64,000 bases of DNA, taken from positions 81,654,001 to 81,718,000 of the forward strand of contig CM097886.1 in assembly GCA_044892525.1 (NCBI GenBank), read 5' to 3'. The notes under the pieces were generated by a model. That model was not told the origin of the DNA and ran no database searches. It worked only from the letters and a program-made list of their open reading frames with translations. Below are positions 38,737-53,123 of the stretch, piece by piece (positions within the stretch are counted from its first letter, which is position 1; each line of letters begins with the position of its first letter). Source of the DNA: Schmidtea polychroa (lineage: Eukaryota). A program made the position numbers and the translations under genes.

Positions 38737-39618
38737 TTAAAACCTTGGGATTGGAAAAGTAACAAACGGTGAAGGCATTGGAGCAATATTAATCGGAGGG
38801 GGTGGAGGGAAAACCCTTGAAGCCGATATTGGTGGTAATACTTGAACTTGGCCAGAAATTTGTGCACTTTCTTCAGATAAAGTTAGTAGTTGCTGCTGAG
38901 TTGATTGCGCTTTATTTCTTTGTTCCTCAATTTCTCTAAGGATATTGACATTTTTAACCGCAGTATTATCCAGCTTGTATGCAAATTGCAAATAGAACTG
39001 CTTGGAATGACGATTCCAATAAGTCCAGAATCTTTTAGGATCTTTGTCTATCTCACGGCTCGGGACTTTGAATGCAATAGTTTCATATGGCTCTGCTGCA
39101 ATCAAAAGATATTGCCAGTGGCGATCTGGTGGCTCTATGTGTTGTTCATAAGCTGACATAAATCTATGTCTAGGGATGGCACCAGTACTCTCTGAAATCT
39201 CTGGATAGTCAATTTGAAATAGCATGGATTGTTGGTTAGTTTCGGGATCTCTTTGTTTTGTAACTTTGTAACCAGGACGACCAATTTTGACAAACTTTTT
39301 ATGCTCTACTTTTGCTTTGTCTAGCAAAGGTTGAATTGGGTTCTCCTTTGCTTGTTCTGCTGCTCTTTTTTGTAAATTACTTTGATGCTTTTTACCTTGA
39401 GTATGAGTCATATAAGATTCTGGGTTGTTGTGAAGAGTCAAACATAGTTTGCATTCGTAAGTACCAAGATGGTTACGCATAAAATATGGATCTTTATCTA
39501 TATCAATTACATCCATTGCGATTTGCATCAACCGGTCTTTTCTATCTCTATTCGCATCTGAAAATGAAGCAACGCCACCACTACCAGTTTTACCTCCTGG
39601 GCGATGTTGATAATCCAT
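38737..39618 (-). CDS. SF3A2: Splicing factor 3A subunit 2 (SAP62/Prp11), intronless, intact
   Basis: MDYQHRPGGKTGSGGVAS, U1-type zinc finger YECKLCLTLHNN...HTQGKKH, KIGRPGYKVTKQRDP, Pro-rich tail. Confidence 0.96.
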   Translation of the reverse strand: MDYQHRPGGKTGSGGVASFSDANRDRKDRLMQIAMDVIDIDKDPYFMRNHLGTYECKLCLTLHNNPESYMTHTQGKKHQSNLQKRAAEQAKENPIQPLLDKAKVEHKKFVKIGRPGYKVTKQRDPETNQQSMLFQIDYPEISESTGAIPRHRFMSAYEQHIEPPDRHWQYLLIAAEPYETIAFKVPSREIDKDPKRFWTYWNRHSKQFYLQFAYKLDNTAVKNVNILREIEEQRNKAQSTQQQLLTLSEESAQISGQVQVLPPISASRVFPPPPPINIAPMPSPFVTFPIPRF

Positions 39619-40246
39619 ATTAAGTTTATTAGATTTGTTTACAAAACTCTTTAAAATGTATAATATATAAACAATTTTAAAATTGAAAGATAATTAAAAC
39701 AGAATTTTACAAATAATAAAAACTATTTTTAAGAAATAGCATTAATTTTTAATTAGAGTTTTTATAGCAACTTATTCCTCAATTTTATAAAATTATTATA
39801 AATTAAAACTGCTTTTAATTAATTTAAATTATTATAGATAAAATTAAATTATTATAAATTTAAAACAGCTTTTAATTAATTTGAATTATTCAATTCGAAT
39901 TACAATATTTAGAATAAATTTAAAAAGTTAAATTTTAAAAATAAATTAGTTTTAGAATACTATTGGTACCGTGGCGACGCAAAAAAATCTAGGAATTGGA
40001 TGTTAGTCATCGAAATCTAATTCGTCGAATAAGTCAAAATTAAAACGAAAGGTAAATTTTGTAATTGTAACACTTTAAATTTTAGACGAGTGAAACCCGT
40101 GTTGACTCGATCATTTTATAAATTGAGAAGCCAAAAACTAGTAGAGAATAAAATGAGTATCCAAAGACAAGATAATAATACAAATACCAATGATGAAACA
40201 CCTGTGTCCACTGTGGGCAACGCAAGGAAGACAATGATTATGTGAG

Positions 40247-40575
40247 TTGTCAAAACTACCTGAAGATCAGTACGGTGGAGATCCACTAAAACTTGTCGAC
40301 TTTATTGCTGATTACTATATGTATGCGACAGCCTATGGACGGAGCCAATCGATAATGGTGCTATACCTGAAAGGAGCAGCCAGAGAAGCGTGGCAACAAA
40401 TTGATAAAAGATTAGTAGCAAATGACTGGACCAAGTTGAAAGACGCACTAGCCACGAAATTAATAAGAGGTGATATAAAGCACATAATGCTGTAGAAATT
40501 CTATAACCGCGTACAAAAGTCAGAGGAATCGGCAAGTGAGTTTGCTTATCATTTATCAGCTCTTGCAGAGAAAGC
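40247..40575 (+). pseudogene. Degenerate Gypsy-like gag fragment
   Basis: LYLKGAAREAW...W..LKDAL...QKSEESASEF pattern with stops. Confidence 0.55.
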
Positions 40576-42774
40576 ACTCAAAGTGAAATCAGAACAGGCC
40601 GAGCCCCTTACAACCAGTTGTTGATGGCTCAGAAGATTGGTGGTACACTGGGAACACGTTAGTCCCATCTTGAATCGGATATTCCCGAACTCGCTTCGCT
40701 ATCTCTGATTCGGAATACACTTTATGAAGTGCCTCTGACTGGGCTTTTATGGTTAGCCTCTGGCACCTACTCTCTTCTAGGAGACTGTCACGGCAGTGCT
40801 CCAGACGTAAAATCTTGCTCTTCTCTTCCTTCATTTATGGCGGGGAGAACCACGTTCCTTCATAGAGGTCAATTCTCTTCTTTAATTCCCCGATGTACAG
40901 ATGGAGCTGCGCGATACCTGCATTTTTATCGGCGCAGGAGAAACACGGGCGAAGATTTTTTCCAGAATTGGTGGGAGTAGTCATCTGAAGAATAAGAAGT
41001 CATTTATTTATAATTTAAAAAGATTATCGCTATTAATGCCTTTATGACGCGAGTTTCGTCTTACCACCGATGCATAAAATCAGGGATGTCTCACACATTC
41101 ATACCAGTGACAATACTTAAACCTATTCAAGCCTCAAACATTCAAGTTAATTCACTCAAGCATTTGTAATTCAATGAAAAGAAAATGGGAATCTTCAAAA
41201 TAATTTATTCACCTATAGCAACCTTGTGTCTATTTTCGGGGTTTGACAATTACTGTTAAATACATCGCTATGGAATTTCATTATTATTTTCATCGTCGTT
41301 AATTTTATTATGACTTTTTCCAATTATACTTTTTATACTGTGCTTTATGCCTTGTAGAATTATGTAAATTTTATGTTAAAAAGGATAATTCAATGTTACC
41401 TATGTCCTCTTGCGCTGTAATAAATCAGGTTAGCTTGGTACAGAGTCCACAACTTATTAATTTTTTTTTATTAAAATCTAAAGTTTGACTATTCAAATTT
41501 TCACCGTAATTGTCGTCATAACGACGCTTAACCGCACGTAGACATGTATTAGTTTGTGCAAAACGAAGGTTGTTTTATTTACTATACTCCTACTCTGTTG
41601 GATAATCGCAAGGAAAATCTCTCTACTTGAGGATAGCATGACATCATGGTTTAGGTATGCCTGTGGGCTAAAACTATATCCTATGCTGTTATGACGTAAC
41701 GATAACGTAATGATAACGTTGTGTTTACTGGCAGAAGTGCCTGTGTGTCTTCTTGCATTCGCCTGCCTCATTTGATGGCACTTATTAGTAGACTCTACAT
41801 ATATATGGGAGTAATTAGCTAGATTTACAACAAAAAAGGACTTTTATAATTTTTTCAAGATTTGCTTAATCAGTTATCCGATGAGAAATGGATGGGACGA
41901 CTAATTTTTTCATCTATGTTGACTATTATCAAATACAATTCGTCTCGTCGATTTGGTATCCGTCACTCAACGATCGGTCTATGGGTATCATTATCTGAAA
42001 ACTACTCGTCGCCCTAGTGTAGCTGATGCTTAGCTAAATGAAAATCAACAGATTATTCCCCGAAGTGTTAATGATAATTTTCCTTCAAGACTACAGTAAG
42101 TAATTCGATCAATTATCGGGCATTATTTACATTTCTGTCAGGTTGAATCCTTATCGCTGATAGTGGCAAATCAAAAATCGATAATCAAGTCTACGAGTGT
42201 GCAGATGATGGATGTAATCACTAACGTCCTCGCCTTTAGAAGTTATTCCTATTTCTTTTATTGGTATTTGATTTGTTTCTTCCTATATGTTACTGCAGTT
42301 TTCTGTAAAGTTTATTTTTATCCTATTCTAATATTTTGTGTAGTTCTTTTCTCATCTTTGATTTAATTTTCAACACCTTCAAGGCTTGGCCCAACAGTTG
42401 GCTAGGTTCTTTATTACAGATCATCAATTTATAGAAATGACAATGGGTCAATTAAGAAATGGCCGAAAAAGCGAGGAATCTACATGTGTCTCGGAAGATA
42501 AAAACGACGATCATAATGATGATAGCAACAACGGCGAGTCAGAGCATAAATGCTTTCTGAAAAGTGTAATAAAGAGTAAAATAGAGCCAGAGTCCAGGTT
42601 CTTGCTTAAACCAATACCGAAATTAATACTCTTAGCAGATGGTATACCCAGACATTTAGACCAACAGCACCAGTATATCCAAGTGAAAAGTTAAAGGAGA
42701 TGAAATCTGTCGATAATATCACAATAGAATAAGAGAAGATTGAACCAACGAGTGCTGAAAGTGAAAGAAAGAAT

Positions 42775-42972
42775 ATGCTTGGTCTACCATGCAGCTATGC
42801 ACTAATGACAACAGTAGTAGGAGGAAAACAACCTCGAACAAACATACAGTTTAACAAAAGAAAAGTGGAAGATTTATTAGATTCAGGCTCAAGTCATACT
42901 ATAGTAGTGGAAAGCTTCTTGACTTGTCAGGAGAAAGCCAAAATTAAACCAACAAACCCCACCATTAAATAA
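42775..42972 (+). pseudogene. Degenerate retropepsin fragment
   Basis: LLDSGSSHT active-site motif. Confidence 0.5.
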
Positions 42973-42997
42973 ATGTCGCATAATGCATTAAATATTG

Positions 42998-45956
42998 TGT
43001 TGGGCTAGAACTGATTTCCAGACCCAAAAAATTATTTTGTGACTAAGGTGTGTTGGTACATAGCACGCATACCTACAATAAGTTTAGTTAAATATTAAGA
43101 TAAAAACATCAACTAAACCATATTAATTACGAGAAAAACAACAGAAAATAAAAACACTGAAATTAACTAAAATCTCACAAATGCAAGAAGTATTACAAGA
43201 AAACTAACTCAAATATAACAAAGAAACATAAAAAATTACAAAAACAGACTCGAATGCCACAGAAATGTAGTAAAATACTAAATTCTAGATAAAATTCAAA
43301 ACAGTTCATAAAAATGGCGACATCCATCATAAAAACCATGTAAATCAACAAAAGTTAATAAAAATAAATAAATTAGTTTTAAAAAAAAAATTTGAAAAAA
43401 GAATTTACAAAAAACATTAAAATAAAAATTAACTTTAATTTAATATAGAATGTTCTGGAATTGCCCAAATCCATCATGGAGGCAACTTTAACAAAAAATA
43501 ATTACAAAATAAAAATTATGGCACTAAAATTGCCATTAAAATCATCAAAAATAGAAAATAGAAAATTCTAGAATAAAAAGAATTAGAGTTTGTTTTAATG
43601 CATCAACACATACACGTGTACTTGCACACACAAAAATAGGTATATATACCAATGAATTTTAGTCACAAAAACACTCTTTATACCAAAAAACTTTTGACAC
43701 CAAATAATCTCATCTTGGAAATCAATGGGAAGGGAAATTTTATTATATTCATAATATTGTTAATTCATGTATGACTATGCATTTATATTTGTTTCAACTT
43801 TTTATTCTGAATATTATTATGTTAATTTATGTTGACCTATTGATTTTTTTGGATTTCAATTTACGTTTAAACAAGAGTGATCAACGTCGTCGTAGATGAA
43901 TTTTGCTCGCGACGTTAACCAGCCTTGCTTCCAACTTAAAATCCTTTTCATGCACAAAAGAATGGTTCTACGACCCCACATGCACTAAAATCAAGTTTTC
44001 ATTGCCAGAGGTCACCACGAACTAATGGTGTTGAACCAGGAGTAGGGCGGGTAATTCCATCTTGGTAGTTGGCATAGTCACAGGGACTATGTGGACGAAG
44101 CAATTTTCGGGATAATAATTGTGGGTACATAACACAATAGGGCCTATCGTACCGTATTCAGTGTAATCGGGAAAATAGGTAAATTTTAATTAATTCGACT
44201 TTTCGGTCGAAATTTTAATTTTTCTATTCTTACTTTATCCACTCTTAATTCGTTAAACCTAAATTTTTTAAATCCTTAATTTAATTACACGAACTTATTT
44301 AATTTAATAATTTATAGCTTATTAATCTCTAATTTAGTAATCCCCAGACTAATCTTTTAAGTTAAATCGAAAAATCAAATATGGAAATTAATTAGTAATT
44401 TAAATCCACCTTAAATACTAAAAATCATTGTCTGATGGATTGAATGCGTATCATGCTCTAATTTACAATGTAATCATGTGTTTAAACGCCCTGGGGTAAC
44501 CGATCCCAGATGGATGAACAAAGATTCGATTTAATATTTCTCTTATCATCACAAGCATGCATAATATCAGACAAGAAGACGGACAAGCGGACCCCTCGTC
44601 ATCTGCATCGGGACTCAGAACAACCCAAGAGGAGGCAGATGAATCCACCAGACTGAGCCGAGACGAAGAAGTCACCCAACTGAGGTCCCGGTGAATATGA
44701 TATCGGATCCATGACTGGAACTAGCAGAATGTGGTCCCTGTGACCCCGAAGGTGGAACCTTTCATCAACACCACCTCCCTAGCCCTGACAGAAACATTCG
44801 AGGACATCAAGACGGCCTTAAATCGATTACAAAGGCTCGAAAATGAAACTCTGGCCGGCGAGCTGAAGGACATAGATGGATATGCCAGTTTGCAGTGCTA
44901 TCCAGAACGAACAGCCGCCATTCGCCGCTGCGTAGAACGTCCATGAAGTCCACCACGAGGCCGGCGTTTAACAGAAACGGACATGCCACGAAAACGGGTA
45001 CGTCCTCGAAAAATCGTCCTGCATAGACAATCAAACCGTTGGGCCAAATATTAGCATCGCGTGATTATGTTTTATTTCTGTTGTGTCTAACTAAACCTAG
45101 TTATTTTGAAAAGATGATTGTTTGTATAATCTTAATTACCTGCTGAATTGTTTTGACTATATTATAATTTATTTATAATGTGTTTATTGTTTTATTTTGT
45201 TTTATCTTATACAAATTATGAGTACTTTTAGTGTGACTCGTAGGATTAATCCGGGGTTTAAGCACATATTAATATAGTTACTATATTATAGTATAACATC
45301 TTGACGGTCCCATTCTGTATAACGATAATTATAGCGACAGGGCGTAGTCGCCTGACGAGATTACCAAAGGAAACGTTATTAATTATACCTTTGATTTCGT
45401 GCTAAAGCTCATTGAAGAAATGCGTCGGGACCGTGAACGAGCGCAACAGCAGACAAAAGTGTATAGGGCCAAGCTGACGAGTACTCGCAGCTCCTATTCC
45501 CCCTCGGAAGAAAATCCGGCCGGGTAAGGCTTCCCGGGCACGATTACGACAAGCCAGCTTAGCCCAAGGATCAACCCACTTGACCCTACCAATAACTACA
45601 CCAGAAGAGTCCACTGGAGCATTATGAACTTCTACTATGGTTATGTGATTGAAATAAAAGTGTTTTTGATGACTCCTGTACCTGTATATATTCTGATCAT
45701 TCGAGAGCACCAATTAATACAGGGGGACCGAGATAAATCGGACATAAGCCTTCTATCGGCAGTCCGTGAACCCAGATGAGTGCTAGACAATTATAATATG
45801 TTAAGCATGCTCACTTTTTGCTAGTACTCAAACCCTTGGTACAGTACCAACGATGATTGCTCAACGCGTACCAAATGGTCAGCTGCCAATTGTATTCTGG
45901 GTTACGCTGGAGACAGCGTGAGTAGGTAGAAACTTGGAATTACCTGTAACCCACCA
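42998..45956 (+). mobile_element. Long solo-LTR-like element, copy 2 (2959 bp)
   Basis: TGTTGGGCTAGAACTG ... GTAACCCACCA; left part homologous to 48165-48960; no matching TSD. Confidence 0.7.
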
Positions 45957-47249
45957 ATACGAAAAAAGTGAAAAGGAATCAAATCAAATTGAAAAGGAAA
46001 ACGTTGGTCAAGAGAAGCTAAGGAATAAAAAGGTGAATATTATCTTTTGTCAAAGCATCGACACTGAGCGGAGAATCGGCCAAACTTGAACTTTGGTTAT
46101 TGATTATTTATTGTTGAGAGAAATATATTTGTCTGATTCAAATATACGTTGGGTAGTTTATTGTTTTGATTAAAATGACACGATTGGTCAGACTTGAATT
46201 AGTGAAAACCCAACAATATGAAACATAAAAAAATGCCTGAAAATTTGAAATGATTCATAATTGAACGGATATTAAATTATTTAGCAATGATTATTGTTAA
46301 TATACAAAAAAACGTTGTTAAATATTTATCCTATGACACTTAGGATAATGAATGATGCTAAACTATAAAAATTTCTAAAACAAATGAAAGCTATAATAAT
46401 ATAAAAATGAAATAAAATATATAACACAAAATGGTAAAAATCACGAGAAAACATGTAGAATATTTCATTTTCCGTTGTTGACCGAAGTGAAGTAACGCCG
46501 ATAACGTGAAGCTTTTGTTTAAATGAGATTCAACCTGAATCAATTTGATGGCACCCAGAATTTAAAGCGCCAAAAACATTGAAAAACAGTGGGAAATGTC
46601 TACATAGCTAATTTGTTATCAGCTCTTTTATTGCACAAAAGCCCTTATCCTAGACTTTTAATGTACCATGGCCAAGACCGCTGTCAGAGATGCAACTGTA
46701 TTTCATAAAATCATTTTAATGATTTGTAACAACCCTTGACCATTCAATGACAATAACTAACATATTTTTATTGACTTTAAAGTCTTAGAAAACCATTCAT
46801 AGTACTATTGACAACCTATTGAACTAATCAGTGCATTGGATAAGGCAGGATTCATGATTTTAAGAAAACAATTGTTCTTAAAAGGCATTTCAGATGTCTT
46901 TCAATCCTCTTTTGACCACATTTGCCGATATCTACAAATCGTTTATAAGAGATGTTATTTCTCCTTTGTTCAAAAATTGATCTGAAAGAAATTCAGAATC
47001 AACAGAAATGACTTTATGATTTCTCACATTAATATTATAAAAAGCTATAATTAAGAACCACGTAATAAAAAATCGAATAATTACTATCTTCCATTTTCTC
47101 ATAGATTTATTAATCGCCTTCATAGTTTCGCTTGTCAAAATTTCTATTTCAACTCTTCAAAACTTATTATATCAAAAGGATTGATATGGTTTCGGTTGTT
47201 ATTTTACTAAACTTGATTTACTTTAACTATTGCAGTGAAATTTTAATGT

Positions 47250-48164
47250 TAAAAAGAATTTGAAATGAAGCAAAAATCAACACTGAAAGAAATATCACTA
47301 TTACTTCTTTTGTAATTAACATTAATAAAAAATGTACAATAGCTAAGTTAAAATCTCAAATAATATTATAATAAATAATTGAAAAGTATACTAAATAATT
47401 AAAATGAAGAGAAAAACAATTTTCAAAAACTATATTTAAAACCTTGTGATTGGGAAAGTAACAAACTGTGAAGAAAACTCTTGAAGCCAATATTGGTCGT
47501 AATACTTGCACTTGGCCAGAAATTTGTACACTATATTTAGATAAAGTTAATAGTTGCTGTTGAGTTGTTTGGGCTTTATTTCGTTGTTCCTCAATTTCTC
47601 TAAGTATATAGACATTTTTAACAGCAGTATTATCTGGCATGTATGCAAATTGTAAATATAACTGTTTAGAATGACGATTCCAATGAGTCCATAATCCTAG
47701 GATATTTGTCTATTTCTGGACTTGGAACTTTAAAAGCAATTATTTTATACGGCGTGCTGCAATCAAGAGATGCTGCCAGAGGCGATCTGGCGGTTTAATG
47801 TGCTGTTCATAAACTGACATCAATATATGTCGAGGAATGGCACTAGTACTCTCTGAAAGCAGCTCCGAATAATCCATTTGAAAAAGTACGGATTGTTATT
47901 TCAAATTTCTCAGTTAATTATCATGTTTTAAATTCAAGTTCACTGTAATAGAAAACAGTAATTGTAATAAGTTGTATTTTTTATCGTACCTTTGAAGCTT
48001 CAAAGGAAAGTGTATAGTTGCTTTTGAGTTGTTTGGGCTTTATTTCGTTGTTCCTCAATTTCTCTAAGTATATTGACATTTTTAACAGCAGTATTATCTG
48101 GCATGTATGCAAATTGTAAATAAAACTGTTTAGAATGACGATTCCAATGATTCCATAATACTAG
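47250..48164 (-). pseudogene. SF3A2: Tandem SF3A2-derived fragments with duplicated 3' flank
   Basis: Degenerate C-terminal SF3A2 sequence (KQFYLQFAY...REIEEQRNKAQ) occurs twice; flank matches 38560-38740. Confidence 0.85.
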
Positions 48165-50451
48165 TGTTGGGCTAGAACTGAATTCTGAACCCAAAGTTAG
48201 GAATGGGACGAAATGTGTCAGTACACAACACGCATACCCAGCATTAAGTTTACTTAAATAAAAATATATAAAACACCAAGTAAACAATGATAATAGAGAG
48301 ATAATATACCCAAAAATAAAACATCTGAATTAAAAATAAAATAAAACACGAGCAAGAAGTATTACACGAAAACCTACTCAAATATAGCCGAAAGACATAA
48401 AACAACAAAAAACAAATTCGAATAAAGGCGATTGGTAAAAATTCAAAAAGAAAATTAAAGAAAATGTCCATAAAATCTTACGAAAAGAAAATTATATCGA
48501 TATTTCGAATAAAAATCCAGAACAATTCATAAAAATGGCGAAATCCATCATGACCGCCAAACGACCCAATAAAATTTATAAAAAATAAATATTTTAGTTT
48601 TAAAAATAAAATATTTTAGAAAAGAAATCATAAAAAACAATTTAAAAATAAGAAATAGATTAAATTTAGCATGGAATGTTCTGGAAATGCTGAAATCCAT
48701 CATAGAGGCAAATTTAATAAAAAATAATTTAAAAACAAAATTCCAAAAATAAAAACGAAAATTCTTACTGAAAAATCGCCATCAAAATCGATAAAAATTA
48801 AAAATCGAATGTTCGAGAATTAAAATAATCTGAATTTGTTTTACTGCATCAATGCACGCATTTATACTTACACGTCAAACAGAGGCTATATAAACTAACA
48901 CATTTCGTCACTTTTTAAGAAAAAATGCAAATGCAAATGCTAATGCTTACTCTTATGCCAAATTTTTGATTTTGATTTTCTGAGATTGTGAGTAAGGACG
49001 ATTTCATTGTGAATTATAAATTATTATTATTTAAACCTTGTTTTCATGCTTTCTATTTAACTATAGAGTTGGAGGTTTGAGTGAGATCGTCGGTTATCAT
49101 CGATTTTGAAGCGAGATCCCATCCAATCCTGCACCCTCAACTTTATCATTTACGATCGCAGATCACCACATGCACCTATTTTTATTATACATTGCGGGGT
49201 CGTCGGAGGTCGTACCGACTCAGTGGTATAGGCCACTGGGTTCGTCGATAAATTACCTCTGGTACGGCGGAGTTCTTGGAACTCGTTATCGATATTATAG
49301 TACGGTAGTACATTACCGAATCACACACACATTAGGGCTTGTCGTAGTGAGCACAGTGTGGCCACGAAAGCAAGCAACTTTCTTTAAATCGACTTTTCTC
49401 ATGATTAATATACATATAACGTACACACTAAAAATCAACACTAATACATTACCCTAGGTATGATAAACGGAGTAAAGCTCCAGACTCAAACTAATCATAA
49501 TTCACAATTAATGTAGACGGTTAAATATCACCAAGAACCAACTCTACTTATATGTTTGTTGAATCTAGATTTATAAATGTCCTAAATAAATTTTCTAGTA
49601 ATAGTGTAAAGTAAAGATTTTTAAAAAATTGATTGAATTAACAGTGATAGTATTCATAAAGGTATTCGACATGCGTATCGACAAGACTCTAAACTAACTG
49701 TAAAAATACAAATCGTAAATCCATAAAAGTATAAATTATCACTTCAATTGCATAAAAATATGAATTATACTTATAGATTTAATTTCTTCAAAATATAAAT
49801 TATGATTATTAGATAAGGTATAAATTAAGGTAAATTAAGGTATAAATTAAGGTATAAATTATAAATTTAATTTCTAAAAATTATAAATTTCAAATTTATA
49901 TTGACGATAAAAATTATAAATTATAACTCTAAGTTAATTATAAAAGTACAAATTATAATCTTAACTTCATAAAAATATAAATTATAAAATTATATTAGCT
50001 TTAAAATATAAACTATAAATTTAACTTCATAAAAATATAAATTATAAAATTATATTAGCTTTAAAATATAAACTATAAATTTAACTTAACTTCATAAAAT
50101 ATAAATTATAAACTCAAAAGTATAAATTATAAAGTTATATTAGCTGTAAAAACATAAACTATAAATTTGATTTCATAAAAATATAAATTATAAACTTATA
50201 TTAGCTAAAAGACTATAAATTATAATCCTAATTTGGTTATAAAAGCATAAAATATGAACTACGTTAGCAATAAAAATATAATCTATAATAAGTTGTAAAT
50301 AGTTTATAAATACCCCCCCCCCCCAAGTTACGTAAGCGTCGAAACAAATGTCCAGATTCACAATCTAACTTATATATGTATATTTGAAACTTATAAAAGT
50401 ATAATTTACATTGTTTCATAAGTACCCCCTCAAACTATACATTAGTCAAAA

Positions 50452-50540
<89 letters not shown>

Positions 50541-50655
50541 AATTAACTTATATATGTACAGACATCAAATTTTAAAAATATAATTCATAGATTGTCATAA
50601 AGAATCCCTCAGAGTACATAACCATTAATTATTATCTAAATGCATTAATTTAGAC

Positions 50656-50691
<36 letters not shown>

Positions 50692-53123
50692 TTAACTTAG
50701 ATTGCCTTTAAAATCATAGTGAAAATTTTTCGTCAAGGACCCTCCATAAACCATATAGTCATCAACTACCACCTAAATATACTAAATTAGCTTATCTTAA
50801 TATACATTTAACTTATATTATATTTAAAAATATAAATTGTAAATTTTTATGAATGACCCCCTCAAAATCATACAGTCATTATCCATTACCTAAGCATACT
50901 AAATTAACTTATCTTAATATATATTTAACTTATATTATATTTTAAAATATAAATTGTAAATTTTCATAAATGACCCCCCCCCCCTCAAATCATGTAGCCA
51001 TTAACTATTCCTTAGGTATACTGAATTATATCATCTTCGTATAGAGTTAAATTATATTTCAAACCAAAAAAAATAATTCCATAATTTTTCGTAAATGATC
51101 CCCCCATATGTGGTAATCTTGTAAAAATATAAACTTACATTTATTATTNNNNNNNNNNNNNNNNNNNNNNNNNNNNNNNNNNNNNNNNNNNNNNNNNNNN
51201 NNNNNNNNNNNNNNNNNNNNNNNNNNNNNNNNNNNNNNNNNNNNNNNNNNNNNNNNNNNNNNNNNNNNNNNNNNNNNNNNNNNNNNNNNNNNNNNNNNNN
51301 NNNNNNNNAATTATCTTTATTTTATAAAAATAATATTATAAACCAAATTATTGATTTTGGGATTCCCCTATCTCTAAATTTAGCTTCAATGACCCTATCT
51401 TCCAATAAAATTATAGAAAACCACTAAAATCTATTTTTAGTAACAGCCCCCCCCCCTAGAAAACGACAACACTATTAATAATTTAAATTAAATATATCAA
51501 TATGTATATATGTGTGTATGTGTATATATAGATTTATAAAATAACCTTATAAAAATATAACCACCTTTCCCCTAAAGACCCAAAGTTGAATAATAACAAG
51601 AATTAAGGTTATTGCTAGTCGTCCTATAATCCTAAATTTTTTTTTATAATTTTGCATGTATTATTATTCTCATTATTACCCTTAGTGTTTTTATTAGTAC
51701 TACGATTATTATTATCATCATTATTATTATTATTATTACTATTATTATTATTACTGCTATCAATGTTATTATTATTATTATAAATAGAATAAGAAAGCAT
51801 AAGAATGAATGAATAAAAAGAAAAAAATTAACTAAACAAAATAGGAACTTTTATTGTGCAAATTGTTCGTTTTGAGAGCCGATAGAATTCCAATAATGAA
51901 TGGAAATTCACCTTTTCCTGAAAAGTTTACTAAGTAATTTATAACCGTGTGCTCCGACTAGTGTTTCTATTTCAGGTTTAAAATCGTTTTCAGTTGTAAA
52001 CTTTCCGTTCGAATATTTAAAAATAAGCATCTCCGCAATCTACTAAAATAGCCACAGCGAGTGACCAGAACCTAAAAAAAGGGAACAATTCCTGCTAACT
52101 TGTACCTGAAAAATTACTGAAAATAAATGTAACAATATAAATTATCAAACTGAACGAGTAGAAATGTGGATCGTGCCGCTGATGACTGCCGCAACTGAGG
52201 AAGAAGCAAGCATTTCGAAAACAAAGTTCGATGCTAGTGCTTCTTTCTCAGAGAGGTCGCATACAATGGCAATTTCATAAATAATTACTTAAAAAAATTT
52301 AAATCCTAAATAAATATAAAAATTTGAATTCACCGCTTTGGGGTGATAAGTAAATGACTGTTACGTCATCATTTAAAACAAATATTTAATAATATAACTT
52401 AATTTATTAATTTAAGTTAAAGATTTATTACTTTAATTTATTATAAAATTTTAATTTTTCACTAACTTAATTTATTAATTTGGGTTAAAGATTTATTACT
52501 TTAATTTATTATAAAATTTTAATTTTTCCGATGGAATATTAGTTTTAGGCTTAATTAATATAAGATTAAAATTTAGACTAGTTGCAAATTTTCGTGGAAT
52601 GGTGTGATAAGGCGGTCTAAGTAGCTTGTCGGGATGGGTTGACAGAGTGGACCAGACGTGATGAGCATTTAAACCATAATTAAGTAGGGCAATGGGCAAC
52701 TTTAGGTAACGAATCTCATTTAGATGTCAGACGCAAGGAGATCCAACGAAGACGGAAAAGTTGGCCCATCTTCAGGGAAGGTAGGACTGATTGACCCATG
52801 AATAATGATGATTTATACGAATGGTGGGGTGAGCTGACACCGTGGAAGAATACAAGATACGTTAACAGGTTATCGGGAGCATTATCCGACGACAGGGACC
52901 ATGTAAAGCGGACATAAACCTTCTAACGGTAGTCCGTGAACCCAAAGGAGTGCTCGACAATTACAGTGCAAGTAGTGCGCTTACTTTTTGCGAGCACTCA
53001 CCATCTTGATACAGTACCAACGTTGATTACTCAACGGGTATCAAGCGGTAAACAATGTTGTATCTTGGGTTACGCTAGTAACAACACTAAAGAGCAAAAT
53101 ATTTGATCATCAGTAACCCACCA
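48165..53123 (+). mobile_element. Long solo-LTR-like element, copy 3, with internal AT-rich tandem repeats and a gap
   Basis: TGTTGGG...CCCACCA flanked by CTAG at 48161-48164 and 53124-53127; the SF3A2 fragment resumes exactly on the other side. Confidence 0.8.
49950..51100. repeat. AT-rich minisatellites and (TA)n runs (50456-50536, 50661-50690)
   Basis: ~60-70 bp and ~150 bp imperfect tandem units. Confidence 0.8.

Noticed and set aside
45945-45956. tRNA-like 3'-CCA end (retroplasmid-type genomic tag) on the structured RNA
   Set aside because: The CCA is explained by the element terminus: it mirrors TGTTGGG, is followed by a TSD in copy 3, and reads CCCAACA in copy 4.
46450-47150. Possible DDE transposase remnant
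   Set aside because: Heavily interrupted; no convincing catalytic motif in any frame.
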